Of a stretch of DNA of 64,000 nucleotides, positions 26,721 to 35,981 are shown piece after piece. Source of the DNA: Clostridia bacterium. GTDB lineage: Bacteria > Bacillota > Clostridia > TANB77 > CAG-465. Every line of letters starts with the position of its first letter. The first letter of the stretch is position 1. The notes beneath the pieces were generated by a model. It was not told the DNA's origin, searched no databases, and saw only the letters and a list, made by a program, of their open reading frames with translations. The position numbers and the translations under genes were made by a program. The DNA lies in contig JAZRUV010000008.1 in the NCBI GenBank assembly GCA_045652705.1, forward strand, positions 24,620-88,619, read 5' to 3'.

Positions 26721-26733
26721 GAGGTAAAGCATA

Positions 26734-27072
26734 ATGGTTAAGAATATTAAAAACGAAGCTAAAATCAAACTTAATGTTGACGATACTGTTATCGTAAACA
26801 CTGGTGTAGATAAAGGCAAAAAAGGTAAAATACTAAAAGTACTAAGAGCAGACAACAAAGTAATTGTTCAAGGTGTTAACGTTAGAACAAAACACGTTAA
26901 ACCTAGAAAACAAGGTCAAGAATCTGGAATACTTAAAGTTGAATCTCCAGTTCATGTTTCTAAAGTAAATTACTACTGTCCAAAATGTGAAAAAGGTGTA
27001 AAACTTGGAGTTAAAGTTGTTGACGGTAAGAGAATAAGAGTATGCAGAAAATGTAATACTGAAATTAAATAA
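26734..27072 (+). CDS. rplX: 50S ribosomal protein L24 (C-terminal CxxC...CxxC variant)
   Basis: KOW-like VIVNTGVDKGKKGKILKV...VQGVNVRTKHVKP. C-terminal CPKCEKG...CRKCNTE. Confidence 0.93.
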   Translation: MVKNIKNEAKIKLNVDDTVIVNTGVDKGKKGKILKVLRADNKVIVQGVNVRTKHVKPRKQGQESGILKVESPVHVSKVNYYCPKCEKGVKLGVKVVDGKRIRVCRKCNTEIK

Positions 27073-27085
27073 GGAGGACGCATAA

Positions 27086-27625
27086 ATGGATCTTAAAGAA
27101 AGATACATAAAAGAAGTTGTACCTGCATTAATGACTAAATTTAATTACAAATCTGTAATGCAAGTACCTAAACTAGAAAAAATAGTTATAAATATGGGTG
27201 TTTCTGACGTTAAAGATAACTCAAAAGCATTAGATATTGCAATGAAAGATCTTGAAACAATAACAGGACAAAAACCTCTTGTAACAAAAGCTAGAAAATC
27301 TATAGCTGCCTTCAAATTAAGAGAAGGAATGAATATCGGATGCAAAGTAACTCTAAGAAGAGAAAAAATGTACGATTTCGCTACAAGATTATTTAATGTT
27401 GCACTTCCAAGAGTAAGAGATTTCAAAGGTGTACCTGCAAAATCTTTTGACGGAAGAGGAAACTATGCTTTTGGTATCAAAGAGCAAATGATATTCCCAG
27501 AAATTGAATTCGATAAGGTAGATAAAGCACGTGGTATGGATGTTATATTCGTGACAACTGCAAAATCTGATGAAGAAGCTAAAGCTTTATTAGAACTATT
27601 AGGACTACCTTTCGCAAAGAATTAA
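27086..27625 (+). CDS. rplE: 50S ribosomal protein L5
   Basis: [16 protein letters not shown]...[18 protein letters not shown]. Confidence 0.98.
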   Translation: MDLKERYIKEVVPALMTKFNYKSVMQVPKLEKIVINMGVSDVKDNSKALDIAMKDLETITGQKPLVTKARKSIAAFKLREGMNIGCKVTLRREKMYDFATRLFNVALPRVRDFKGVPAKSFDGRGNYAFGIKEQMIFPEIEFDKVDKARGMDVIFVTTAKSDEEAKALLELLGLPFAKN

Positions 27626-27637
27626 GGAGGAATTAAG

Positions 27638-27823
27638 ATGGCTAAAAAATCAATGATAGCTAAACAACAAAGAACACCTAAGTTTAGCACAAGATATTAC
27701 AATAGATGTAAATTGTGCGGAAGACCACATGCCTATATAAGAAAATATGGTATCTGCCGTATATGCTTTAGAGAATTAGCATACAAAGGTGAAATACCAG
27801 GTGTTAAAAAGGCTAGCTGGTAG
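27638..27823 (+). CDS. rpsZ: 30S ribosomal protein S14, type Z (zinc-binding)
   Basis: 61 aa with [23 protein letters not shown] (CxxC...CxxC). Confidence 0.97.
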   Translation: MAKKSMIAKQQRTPKFSTRYYNRCKLCGRPHAYIRKYGICRICFRELAYKGEIPGVKKASW

Positions 27824-27840
27824 TAAGGAGGAACGTAAAA

Positions 27841-28236
27841 ATGAATTTAACAGATCCTATAGCAGATATGTTAACAAGAATAAGAAACGCAGTTAGAGCA
27901 AAACATACAACAGTTGACGTTCCTTATTCTAAAGTTAAAAACGAAATAGCTAAAATTCTACTTGATGAAGGTTTTGTAGCTGACATCGAAACAGTAGAAA
28001 ATGGGGTAAACAAAAATATAAGAATAACTCTTAAATATAAAGATTCTAAATCTGTAATTCAAGGTCTTAAGAGAATATCTAAACCAGGTCTAAGAATATA
28101 TGCAGAAAAAGAAGAATTACCAAGAGTATTAAATGGACTAGGAATTGCAATTATTTCTACATCAAAAGGAATTGTTACAGATAAAGTAGCAAGAAATAAC
28201 AACGTTGGTGGCGAAGTAATGGCATACATCTGGTAG
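27841..28236 (+). CDS. rpsH: 30S ribosomal protein S8
   Basis: [13 protein letters not shown]...[12 protein letters not shown]...GGEVMAYIW. Confidence 0.98.
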   Translation: MNLTDPIADMLTRIRNAVRAKHTTVDVPYSKVKNEIAKILLDEGFVADIETVENGVNKNIRITLKYKDSKSVIQGLKRISKPGLRIYAEKEELPRVLNGLGIAIISTSKGIVTDKVARNNNVGGEVMAYIW

Positions 28237-28254
28237 TAAGGGAGGAAAAGTATA

Positions 28255-28791
28255 ATGTCTAGAATAGGAAATAAACCTATAACACTTCCAGCAGGTGCAG
28301 AATGTACAGTTACTGGAAATCACGTTGTAGTAAAAGGACCAAAAGGAACTCTAGAAATGGACGCTGTAAAAGAAATTGCAGTTAAAGTTGAAGGTTCTGA
28401 AATTATAGTTACTAGAGATAGTGACGCACACAAAGCATTACATGGACTAACTAGATCCCTTATAGCAAATATGGTTACTGGTGTAACTGAAGGTTTCGAA
28501 AAGAAACTTGAAATAAACGGTGTTGGTTACAGAGCAGCTAAACAAGGAAACAAACTTGTTTTAACTCTAGGATACTCTCATCCAGTTGAAGTTGAAGATA
28601 CTGCAACTGTTAAAACTGAAGTACCTGACCCTAACACAATACTTGTTAAAGGAATCAACAAACAAGAAGTTGGTCAATTTGCAGCAGAAATCAGAGAATA
28701 CAGATTACCTGAACCATACAAGGGCAAAGGAATCAAATATTCTGATGAAAGAATAAGAAGAAAAGAAGGAAAAGCCGGCGGCAAGAAGTAA
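28255..28791 (+). CDS. rplF: 50S ribosomal protein L6
   Basis: [14 protein letters not shown]...GVGYRA...LGYSHPV. Confidence 0.98.
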   Translation: MSRIGNKPITLPAGAECTVTGNHVVVKGPKGTLEMDAVKEIAVKVEGSEIIVTRDSDAHKALHGLTRSLIANMVTGVTEGFEKKLEINGVGYRAAKQGNKLVLTLGYSHPVEVEDTATVKTEVPDPNTILVKGINKQEVGQFAAEIREYRLPEPYKGKGIKYSDERIRRKEGKAGGKK

Positions 28792-28803
28792 GGAGGATAA
28801 AAA

Positions 28804-29163
28804 ATGAGAAGTAGAGATAGCAAAGAGTCAAAAAGACTTGCAAGACAAAAAAGAGTAAGAGCTACTGTTAAAGGTACATCTTCTAGACCAAGACTTTGCG
28901 TATTTAAAAGTTTAACTAATATATACGCACAAGTTATAGATGATGAAAACCAAGTTACACTTGTTTCTGCCTCAACTTTGGATGCCGACGTAAAAACTAA
29001 AGCTTCTAACGTTGAAGCAGCTAAAGAAGTGGGAACACTTGTTGCAAAACGTGCACTAGAAAAGAAAATAGATACAGTAGTATTTGATAGAAATGGTTAC
29101 TTATACCATGGAAAAGTTAAAGAATTAGCAGAAGCTGCAAGAGCAGCAGGACTTAAGTTTTAA
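28804..29163 (+). CDS. rplR: 50S ribosomal protein L18
   Basis: [31 protein letters not shown]...[20 protein letters not shown]. Confidence 0.97.
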   Translation: MRSRDSKESKRLARQKRVRATVKGTSSRPRLCVFKSLTNIYAQVIDDENQVTLVSASTLDADVKTKASNVEAAKEVGTLVAKRALEKKIDTVVFDRNGYLYHGKVKELAEAARAAGLKF

Positions 29164-29183
29164 GGTTAGGAGGAAAATGTGTA

Positions 29184-29717
29184 ATGACTGATACAAAGAA
29201 ACAAAGCAGACCACGTAGAGAAAGAAGAGAAGAAGTTAAACCTGAATTCAAAGAAAAAGTTGTTTACGTTGGCCGTGTAGCTAAAGTTGTTAAAGGTGGA
29301 AGAACTTTTAGATTTAGCGTACTTGTAGTTGTTGGTGATGAAAAAGGAAGAATTGGTGTTGGTTCAGGAAAAGCGTCAGAAGTTCCAGAAGCAATCAAAA
29401 AAGCTACAGATGCAGCTAAGAAAAATCTAGTAAACGTTCCTATCGTTAAAGGAACAGTACCTCACGAATATACTAAAAAACTTGGTTCTTCAATAGTAAT
29501 TATCAAGCCAGCTCCAGAAGGTACAGGTGTTATCGCTGGTGGAGCAGTAAGACCAGTTCTTGAACTTGCAGGAGTTAAGAATGTTACAGCTAAAACATTA
29601 GGTTCTCGTAACAGCAGAAACGTAGTACTTGCTACAGTAGCAGCACTTCAAGAAATGAGAACAGCTGAACAAGTGGCTGAAGCTAGAGGAATTACAGTAG
29701 AAAAATTATTCAAATAA
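29184..29717 (+). CDS. rpsE: 30S ribosomal protein S5
   Basis: [44 protein letters not shown]. Confidence 0.97.
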   Translation: MTDTKKQSRPRRERREEVKPEFKEKVVYVGRVAKVVKGGRTFRFSVLVVVGDEKGRIGVGSGKASEVPEAIKKATDAAKKNLVNVPIVKGTVPHEYTKKLGSSIVIIKPAPEGTGVIAGGAVRPVLELAGVKNVTAKTLGSRNSRNVVLATVAALQEMRTAEQVAEARGITVEKLFK

Positions 29718-29742
29718 TAGTGTAGGAAGGAGGATTACCTAA

Positions 29743-30180
29743 ATGGAAATGCATGATTTAGGACCAGCTGTAAAAGCTAAATCTCGCAGTAGAGTTGGTC
29801 GTGGAATTGGTAGCGGTAACGGAAAAACTGCTGGTAAAGGACACAAAGGTCAAAAAGCTAGAACAGGTGGAAAAATAAGAAGAGGATTCGAAGGAGGACA
29901 AACTCCTTTATACAGAAGAATTCCAAAACGTGGATTCAACAATATATTTAGTATCGAATATGCAACTGTTAATGTTTCAGATTTAGAAAGATTTGAAGAA
30001 GGAACAGTAGTTAATATGGAACTTCTATTAAATGAAGGAATAGTAAGAAAAGAATTAGCAGGACTTAAAGTTCTAGGTAATGGAAACTTAACTAAAAAAC
30101 TTACAGTTGAAGCTAAAAAATTCACAGCATCAGCTAAAGAAAAGATAGAAGCAGTAGGTGGAAAGATAGAGGTGAAATAG
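29743..30180 (+). CDS. rplO: 50S ribosomal protein L15
   Basis: [24 protein letters not shown]...[18 protein letters not shown]. It starts 25 nt after rpsE, leaving no room for rpmD. Confidence 0.97.
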   Translation: MEMHDLGPAVKAKSRSRVGRGIGSGNGKTAGKGHKGQKARTGGKIRRGFEGGQTPLYRRIPKRGFNNIFSIEYATVNVSDLERFEEGTVVNMELLLNEGIVRKELAGLKVLGNGNLTKKLTVEAKKFTASAKEKIEAVGGKIEVK

Positions 30181-30181
30181 T

Positions 30182-31492
30182 ATGTTTGATACTCTAAAAA
30201 AGATGTTTACAGTAAAAGACATCAGAAAAAAAATACTATACACAATATTTATTATTATATTATTCCGTATAGGTACATATATAACTGTACCAGGAATAAA
30301 TAAACTTGCATTCGTAGAAGCAGTAGAGGCACAATCTGGAGGAATATTAGGTACAATTAATATTATTTCCGGTGGTGCGTTCAACAGACTTTCTATATTT
30401 GCAATGACAATATCACCATATATTACTGCATCGATCGTATTAAACCTTTTGCAAACAGTAGTACCGTCTTTAGAAAAACTTGCTAAAGAAGGTGAAACTG
30501 GTAGACAAAAGCTAGCACAATACACAAAGTTATTAACAATAGCATTTGCAGTAGTTGAGGCGATAGGATTATACTTAAATTATAAAACATATTTATTACC
30601 AGCTATGTCATATGGTATTTACCAAGTGTTTGGTATGATATTATTTGTAGTTTGCTTAACAGCTGGTACAGCACTACTTATGTGGTTATCAGATAAAATT
30701 ACAGAAAACGGAATTGGTAATGGTACTTCAATGATTATCTTCGTTGGTATCGTATCTGGAGCACCAGGTGCAATTACAGCATTATCTGCTTTTGCAGCAC
30801 AAAGTAAATGGAACATTTTACTTGTTATAGCGGTAGTTATAGCATTTGTAATACTTCTTGGTGGAGTAATATTTGTACAACAAGCTGAAAGAAGAATACC
30901 AGTAAACTATGCAAAAAGAGTTGTTGGTAGAAAAATGTTTGGTGGACAAAACACTCATATACCACTAAAAGTGGCTATGGCGGGAGTTATGCCAATAATA
31001 TTTGCTATGTCATTTATGATGATACCAGCAACAATAATACAACTTGTAACTAAAGGTGCAGCAACAGGATTTTGGGGAGCAGTTCTTAAAGTTTGTTCAG
31101 CATCTACAGAATCAATTTGGTACTTAGTTGCTTATGCAGTAATTTACATGTTATTAATAGTAGGATTTACATTTGTATACACAATGTTTACTGTGAATCC
31201 TGTGGAAATGTCTAACAATTTAAAACAAAATGGTGGATTCATTCCTGGAATTAGAGCAGGTAAAAATACAGCAGAATATATAAACAAAGTACTAAAAAAT
31301 ATAACTTGGGCAGGAGCAGTGTTCCTAGCACTAGTTGCGGTATTACCAGTTGTATGTCAAGCAGCAATGCCAAGCTTAAGTATATCTTTTGGAGGAACAT
31401 CAATACTTATCGTAGTAAGTGTTGCATTAGAAACTCTTAAAGTTATTGAATCACAAATGGTAAGCAGACATTATGATGGTTTCTTAAACTAA
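30182..31492 (+). CDS. secY: Preprotein translocase subunit SecY
   Basis: 436-aa polytopic protein. RIGTYITVPGIN...FAMTISPYITASIV...GIGNGTSMIIF are SecY signatures. Confidence 0.97.
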   Translation: MFDTLKKMFTVKDIRKKILYTIFIIILFRIGTYITVPGINKLAFVEAVEAQSGGILGTINIISGGAFNRLSIFAMTISPYITASIVLNLLQTVVPSLEKLAKEGETGRQKLAQYTKLLTIAFAVVEAIGLYLNYKTYLLPAMSYGIYQVFGMILFVVCLTAGTALLMWLSDKITENGIGNGTSMIIFVGIVSGAPGAITALSAFAAQSKWNILLVIAVVIAFVILLGGVIFVQQAERRIPVNYAKRVVGRKMFGGQNTHIPLKVAMAGVMPIIFAMSFMMIPATIIQLVTKGAATGFWGAVLKVCSASTESIWYLVAYAVIYMLLIVGFTFVYTMFTVNPVEMSNNLKQNGGFIPGIRAGKNTAEYINKVLKNITWAGAVFLALVAVLPVVCQAAMPSLSISFGGTSILIVVSVALETLKVIESQMVSRHYDGFLN

Positions 31493-31693
31493 CACTCAAG
31501 TGTGAGTAAGTATAATATATACAAAAATATAATAAAAAAGGTTGTTCGAGGTTTATACTTTGGGCATCTTTTTTTGTCGAAAATCATCTGTTTTTGCAAG
31601 TTTTATGTAATCTATTTACTTTTCTTCCTTACTGTGATATAATATATAAAGTTGATTTTATGCTCTAAAATAAATATTATAGGAGGAACAAGA

Positions 31694-32038
31694 ATGTTAG
31701 ACACTAAAGTTAAAGCAAGAGATGAGGGTGAGAATAACAAATCAATGCTTCGAGCTGTAGGGGTAGCAACATGTATTCGGCCCGCTGCAAATGTTTCCGG
31801 TATTCGGAAAGCAATGAACGGGTTGGCTGTTGTAGCATGCGGTATGCAGTATGGCGTTAACGCTGGTGAACGTATTGTGCTAGCTCCACAGTTCGAATCA
31901 GTTATTCTTTTGGAAAACGGTTGGATGGTGGCGTCCAGATATGGTATTTATAATATATACGACCGGGAGGGAAACATCTATAAAGGCCTTTCATTTCTTA
32001 AGGAGGAAAATGCAATTAAGTTTGCTAAAACTCTTTAA
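31694..32038 (+). CDS. Hypothetical protein (114 aa), GC-richer orphan inside the ribosomal locus
   Basis: ATG at 31694 follows an AGGAGG RBS; the track start at 31652 has none. Own TGTGATATAAT -10 element (31633-31643) and a strong terminator. The tail ENGWMVASRYGIYNIYDREGNIY is faintly WG/KWG-repeat-like. Confidence 0.55.
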   Translation: MLDTKVKARDEGENNKSMLRAVGVATCIRPAANVSGIRKAMNGLAVVACGMQYGVNAGERIVLAPQFESVILLENGWMVASRYGIYNIYDREGNIYKGLSFLKEENAIKFAKTL

Positions 32039-32040
32039 AA

Positions 32041-32075
32041 ATATGATGGTGAGAATTCACCATCATATTTTTTTC
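32041..32075 (+). terminator. Rho-independent terminator
   Basis: Perfect 12-bp stem atatgatggtga / tcaccatcatat with loop gaat, followed by ttttttt. Confidence 0.85.
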
Positions 32076-32199
32076 CACAACTTCACACATTTAAATTGTA
32101 ATTGGTACAAAATTATATCGTATAATGTAGGTGTAGTAAGCAGTTACTACATTCATACACAAATGAATACATTTTCCCCTTAAGAGAGCAGCTGCTCTC

Positions 32200-32715
32200 T
32201 TAAATTTTGTTTAGATACATAGTTATCAAATAGTTATATTTTATAGCATGTTTCATTTCATCGGTCATAATATATAAAATTTTGTTATACAGTTCTTTGT
32301 TTGGCATATATGTTAAAATTTCTCTATATTTTTCTACAGCTTTTAATTCTCCCATAAAAGCCTTTTTAATACCATCTATATATGTTATCTTTGGATAATT
32401 TGTAGTTTCTGGCAAATTTGGTAAAACTACACCAGTAAGTTCTGTAAATACCTCCCTAAGTATTCTATTATGTATTTTTTCATCATCTCTTATGTTTGTT
32501 ATAATTTCTTTTGCTTCTTCTGTTGGTGCCATATTAATTAAGACTTCGTACATAGCTGCATCTTCTGCTTCGTCTGAAATAGAGTTCTTTACCATAGTAA
32601 CTGCAGTATTTAAATTGTATTGAGTACTTTTGTTTGTAAAATCTAATATCCAAGGTAGATTTTGCCTTGTTATATAATAATCGTCATAATTTGAATAATA
32701 GTTAAAGTAATCCAT
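32200..32715 (-). CDS. Ferritin-like / rubrerythrin-family di-iron four-helix-bundle protein
   Basis: Paired motifs DEAEDAAMY...DDEKIHNR and GELKAVEKY...TDEMKHAIKY (E...ExxH twice). Low GC like the backbone. Antisense to the ribosomal operon. Confidence 0.6.
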   Translation of the reverse strand: MDYFNYYSNYDDYYITRQNLPWILDFTNKSTQYNLNTAVTMVKNSISDEAEDAAMYEVLINMAPTEEAKEIITNIRDDEKIHNRILREVFTELTGVVLPNLPETTNYPKITYIDGIKKAFMGELKAVEKYREILTYMPNKELYNKILYIMTDEMKHAIKYNYLITMYLNKI

Positions 32716-32818
32716 AATATACCTCCAATTTATATTATGATACCTCTTTTAATATTGTTACTTTTCTTTACTTTAGCATAAAATTATTATATAATATTAA
32801 AGTGTTCAGGAGGTATTT

Positions 32819-33475
32819 ATGGTAATAGTAATGCTTGGTGCTCAAGGAAGCGGTAAAGGTACAGTAGGCGTGGCTCTTGCAGAAGAGTTAAAGCTTGTGT
32901 ACATATCTACAGGAGAAATATTTAGAGAACATATACAAAAAGAAACTGGATTAGGAATAGAAGCTAATAAATATATATCGGCTGGTAATTTAGTTCCAGA
33001 TGAACTTACTACAAGAATATTGCAAGACAGACTTTCAAAACAAGATGTAATAGATAATGGAGCACTAATAGATGGATATCCAAGAACAGAAGAACAATGC
33101 AAAAAGCTAGATGAGATGTTAGAAACACAAAATAAAAAAGTGGATTTAGCCATTAATTTATCTGTAGATTATGACGAGCTAATTAGAAGAATTACAAACA
33201 GAAGACTATGTAAAGCTTGTAAGAAAGGTTATAATATAGAATATAATCCGCCAAAAGTCCAAGGTGTTTGTGATTTGTGTGGTGGAGAAGTTATACAAAG
33301 AGCCGACGACATTCCAAGCGCAGTTAAGAATAGATTAGATATTTACTATTCAAATGAAAAACCTGTTTTAGAGTATTACAAAAACAGTGGAGTGCTTAGA
33401 ATAGAAAAAGCAGGAGATAAAGTAGGAAGAACATCTAAAGATGTAACTGAAGATTTATTAAAAGAGTTAAAGTAG
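32819..33475 (+). CDS. adk: Adenylate kinase (zinc-lid type)
   Basis: P-loop GAQGSGKGT. Lid with CKACKKG...CDLCGG. AGGAGG RBS. Confidence 0.96.
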   Translation: MVIVMLGAQGSGKGTVGVALAEELKLVYISTGEIFREHIQKETGLGIEANKYISAGNLVPDELTTRILQDRLSKQDVIDNGALIDGYPRTEEQCKKLDEMLETQNKKVDLAINLSVDYDELIRRITNRRLCKACKKGYNIEYNPPKVQGVCDLCGGEVIQRADDIPSAVKNRLDIYYSNEKPVLEYYKNSGVLRIEKAGDKVGRTSKDVTEDLLKELK

Positions 33476-33487
33476 AGGAAGATAATA

Positions 33488-34252
33488 ATGATATATATAA
33501 AATCTAAAAAAGATATTGAAGCTATGAAGGTCCCAGCAGAAATAATGAAAGAAGTTTTAAAAGAGATAGAAAAAAATATACGTGAAGGTGTTACGACAGC
33601 ATATTTAGATTATGTTGCGGAAAACGTAATGCTAAAACATGGGGCAATTCCATCTTTTAGAGGTGTAGAATGTCCATATAAAGGTGGCAAAACATATACA
33701 CACGCTACTTGTATAAGTGTAAACGAAGATATAATACACGGAATACCAAATTCAAAACCTTTAAAAAAAGGCGATGTTGTAAGCGTAGATGTTGGAGTAT
33801 ATAAAGGTGGGTTCCATGCAGATGCTGGCCGTACATTTATAGTAGGAGAGGGCTCTGCACTTGCTAAAAAATTAGTTAAAGTAACAGAGCAAGCATTCTT
33901 TGCTGGAGTAGATCAAGCAGTAGCAGGTAATAGAATTGGAGATATTTCAAACGCTATACAAACAGTAGTAGAAAATGCTGGATTTAATCTTTTAAGAGAA
34001 TATCAAGGACATGGAATAGGAAGGGAAATGCATGAAGACCCGGGTGTACCAAACATTGGTAAAAAAGGCAGAGGAGAGAGACTACAAGTTGGCATGGCTT
34101 TAGCCATTGAACCGATGGTTGTAGTAGGCTCGCCAGAAATTGTTGTAGGAAAAGATAAATGGACTGTTTCTACAAGAGATAGAAAACTATCTGCATATTA
34201 CGAAAACACAATTGTAATAACAGAAGATGGAGCAGAAATATTAACATTGTAA
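33488..34252 (+). CDS. map: Type I methionine aminopeptidase
   Basis: Metal ligands in context: VSVDVGV..GGFHADAGRTF, GHGIGREMHE, LAIEPM, YENTIVIT. Confidence 0.96.
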   Translation: MIYIKSKKDIEAMKVPAEIMKEVLKEIEKNIREGVTTAYLDYVAENVMLKHGAIPSFRGVECPYKGGKTYTHATCISVNEDIIHGIPNSKPLKKGDVVSVDVGVYKGGFHADAGRTFIVGEGSALAKKLVKVTEQAFFAGVDQAVAGNRIGDISNAIQTVVENAGFNLLREYQGHGIGREMHEDPGVPNIGKKGRGERLQVGMALAIEPMVVVGSPEIVVGKDKWTVSTRDRKLSAYYENTIVITEDGAEILTL

Positions 34253-34404
34253 TTTAAAAGTAGCGTGTATTTGAGTAATCTTATGCACGTTATTTGCTGA
34301 GAAAATTAACATCACCTGTTGACTTTCATTTTTGTTTAGTATAAACTAAATACATAATAAAGGGGAATAAAACAAATGAGAAATGTTGAAAGCCTTGGGG
34401 CTGT

Positions 34405-34430
34405 AGAGAGAGAGAGAGAGAGAGAGAGAG
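34405..34430. repeat. (AG)13 dinucleotide microsatellite
   Basis: Uninterrupted agagag... from 34405 to 34430. It lies 127 nt upstream of the ATG at 34557. Confidence 0.98.
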
Positions 34431-34482
34431 AACACTAACTAATAGTGTTCTAAGTTGTCGTACCCTAAATAGTAAAATAAAA

Positions 34483-34529
34483 AGCAAGGTTAGCATAGAG
34501 TAAATATCTATGTTGGCTTTGCTCTTTTT
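34483..34529 (+). terminator. Terminator-like hairpin immediately upstream of the RBS of the 420-aa gene (possible attenuator)
   Basis: agcaaggttagcatag / ctatgttggctttgct (with G.U pairs) and loop agtaaatat, followed by cttttt. The AGGAGGAGG RBS starts about 12 nt later. Confidence 0.45.
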
Positions 34530-34556
34530 GCATGCAAAAAAGGAGGAGGTAAAAAT

Positions 34557-35819
34557 ATGCAAAACAAAAAGGCGGTATCATTAGTGGTACTAGTAATAAC
34601 AATAATAGTAATGATAATACTAGCAGGAACAATTATTCTATCAATAAACAACAGTGGAATAATAGAAAAAGCACAAAATGCAGTAGATGAAACAAATCTA
34701 CAAGAAGTGCAAACGTTAGCATCATTAAAGTGGGCAGAAGCATTCGTGGATGGTAATATAACACAAGAACAATTAGAAGAGGAAGTATTAAAAAGATTAA
34801 ATGAGGAAAATTTAGATTTAACACCATATGAAATAACAGTAACAGAAGATGGAGTAACAGTTGCTTTAAAAGGAAGTACAAAAGCATTTTGGGTACAAGA
34901 AGGACTAACAGTAACAAATGGGACAAATGTATTAACAATAGGAGATACAATAGCATATGATGAAACAAATGGAGGAAGCATAACAGGACTAACAGATGTA
35001 GAGTGGGCGGTATTAGGTGCAAATGATAAAGGCGAACTATTAATAATGTCAACAAGTAATGTAGTATCCTCATATAGATTAGGCTATGAGTCAACAATCA
35101 CAGACAGTGCAGCACAATTAGAAGAAAACCAAAATGATTGGTTAACTGGACCACAACAATTAGACAAACTTTGCGCGCCATATGGAAAAGGAGAAGGAGC
35201 AACAAGTGCAAGAAGCATAAGAGTAGAAGATATAAATAAAGTGACAGGATATGACCCGGAAACGGCGGGATTTGGAGAAGGCGAACTATCTGAATATGGA
35301 AACGAAGTAACATATTCATATAATGGGACAACAAATCCAGCATATTCAGGAAGTAATGGAGTGGCAGGAACATTAACTGATACGCACAATAATTTCTATT
35401 ATTATGACGGAGAAAAATTTGTAACAATAAGTGACTTAACGACAGGAACAAGTGGAACAACATTTGCAACGTTAAAGTCAATTAGTTATTCCTACTATCC
35501 AACGACTCTAACAAACAGTTCAGCAGGAGAGTTAAAAGGGATAGGCAAAGATACAAAAGCATATATAATGTTATTTAGAAATAGTGAAAACACATCAAAC
35601 GTGAACTATTGGCTTGCCTCTCCTTGTGTTTATACGGCCTTTTTCAATGTTATGTTCAGCATGAGATATCTGTATGACGGTCATGTCAGTGGGCATAGAT
35701 TGTGGGATTCGGATGGGTACGCCCTCTACGACTTAGATTCTCATGGCGTGCGTGCGGTAGTTTCTTTGAGCTCAGATATCCAGCTTGCAGGAGCGTCTGA
35801 TACAGGATGGAGTTTCTAG
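34557..35819 (+). CDS. Pilin-like-N-terminus surface protein (420 aa), compositionally mosaic
   Basis: N-terminus MQNKKAVSLVVLVITIIVMIILAGTIILSINNSGIIEKAQNA is a short polar leader, a ~22-aa hydrophobic helix, then an N.G..I..AQ motif like the 183-aa protein at 56598. The middle is T/G/S/N-rich. The C-terminal YWLASP...GVRAVVSL resembles a module I know from Firmicute surface proteins. G+C jumps near 35.59 kb. Confidence 0.6.
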   Translation: MQNKKAVSLVVLVITIIVMIILAGTIILSINNSGIIEKAQNAVDETNLQEVQTLASLKWAEAFVDGNITQEQLEEEVLKRLNEENLDLTPYEITVTEDGVTVALKGSTKAFWVQEGLTVTNGTNVLTIGDTIAYDETNGGSITGLTDVEWAVLGANDKGELLIMSTSNVVSSYRLGYESTITDSAAQLEENQNDWLTGPQQLDKLCAPYGKGEGATSARSIRVEDINKVTGYDPETAGFGEGELSEYGNEVTYSYNGTTNPAYSGSNGVAGTLTDTHNNFYYYDGEKFVTISDLTTGTSGTTFATLKSISYSYYPTTLTNSSAGELKGIGKDTKAYIMLFRNSENTSNVNYWLASPCVYTAFFNVMFSMRYLYDGHVSGHRLWDSDGYALYDLDSHGVRAVVSLSSDIQLAGASDTGWSF

Positions 35820-35848
35820 TGCTTGGACAGCCGTAAAATAGGATGGTT

Positions 35849-35889
35849 AAAACTCGAAGGTTAAGGAGGAATCCATACCTTCGAGTTTT
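35849..35889 (+). terminator. Rho-independent terminator
   Basis: aaaactcgaaggt / accttcgagtttt 13-bp stem. The T-run is part of the 3' arm. Confidence 0.75.
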
Positions 35890-35981
35890 GCGTTGCGAAC
35901 TTGCAAACGTTACATAATTATGATATACTATTGTGGTATACTAGATAATTCCTAAAATAATTATTGAAAGGAGTATTTGTT

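Noticed and set aside
32200-32715. Spore-coat CotJC/manganese-catalase call for the ferritin-like protein
   Set aside because: Only the generic di-iron E...ExxH pairs are recognisable. The length (171 aa) and lack of CotJ partners do not support a specific CotJC assignment. It is kept as a generic ferritin-like protein.
34405-34430. CRISPR-like or other spaced-repeat array
   Set aside because: This is a pure dinucleotide microsatellite with no spacers. I saw no repeat-spacer periodicity anywhere in the window, and no cas genes.
34508-35481. Four overlapping minus-strand ORFs (101-157 aa) opposite the 420-aa pilin-like gene
   Set aside because: The sense gene is purine/A-rich with few TTA/CTA/TCA triplets in some frames, so the antisense frames stay open by chance. 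Their translations are L/H/F-rich low-complexity sequence with no RBS.
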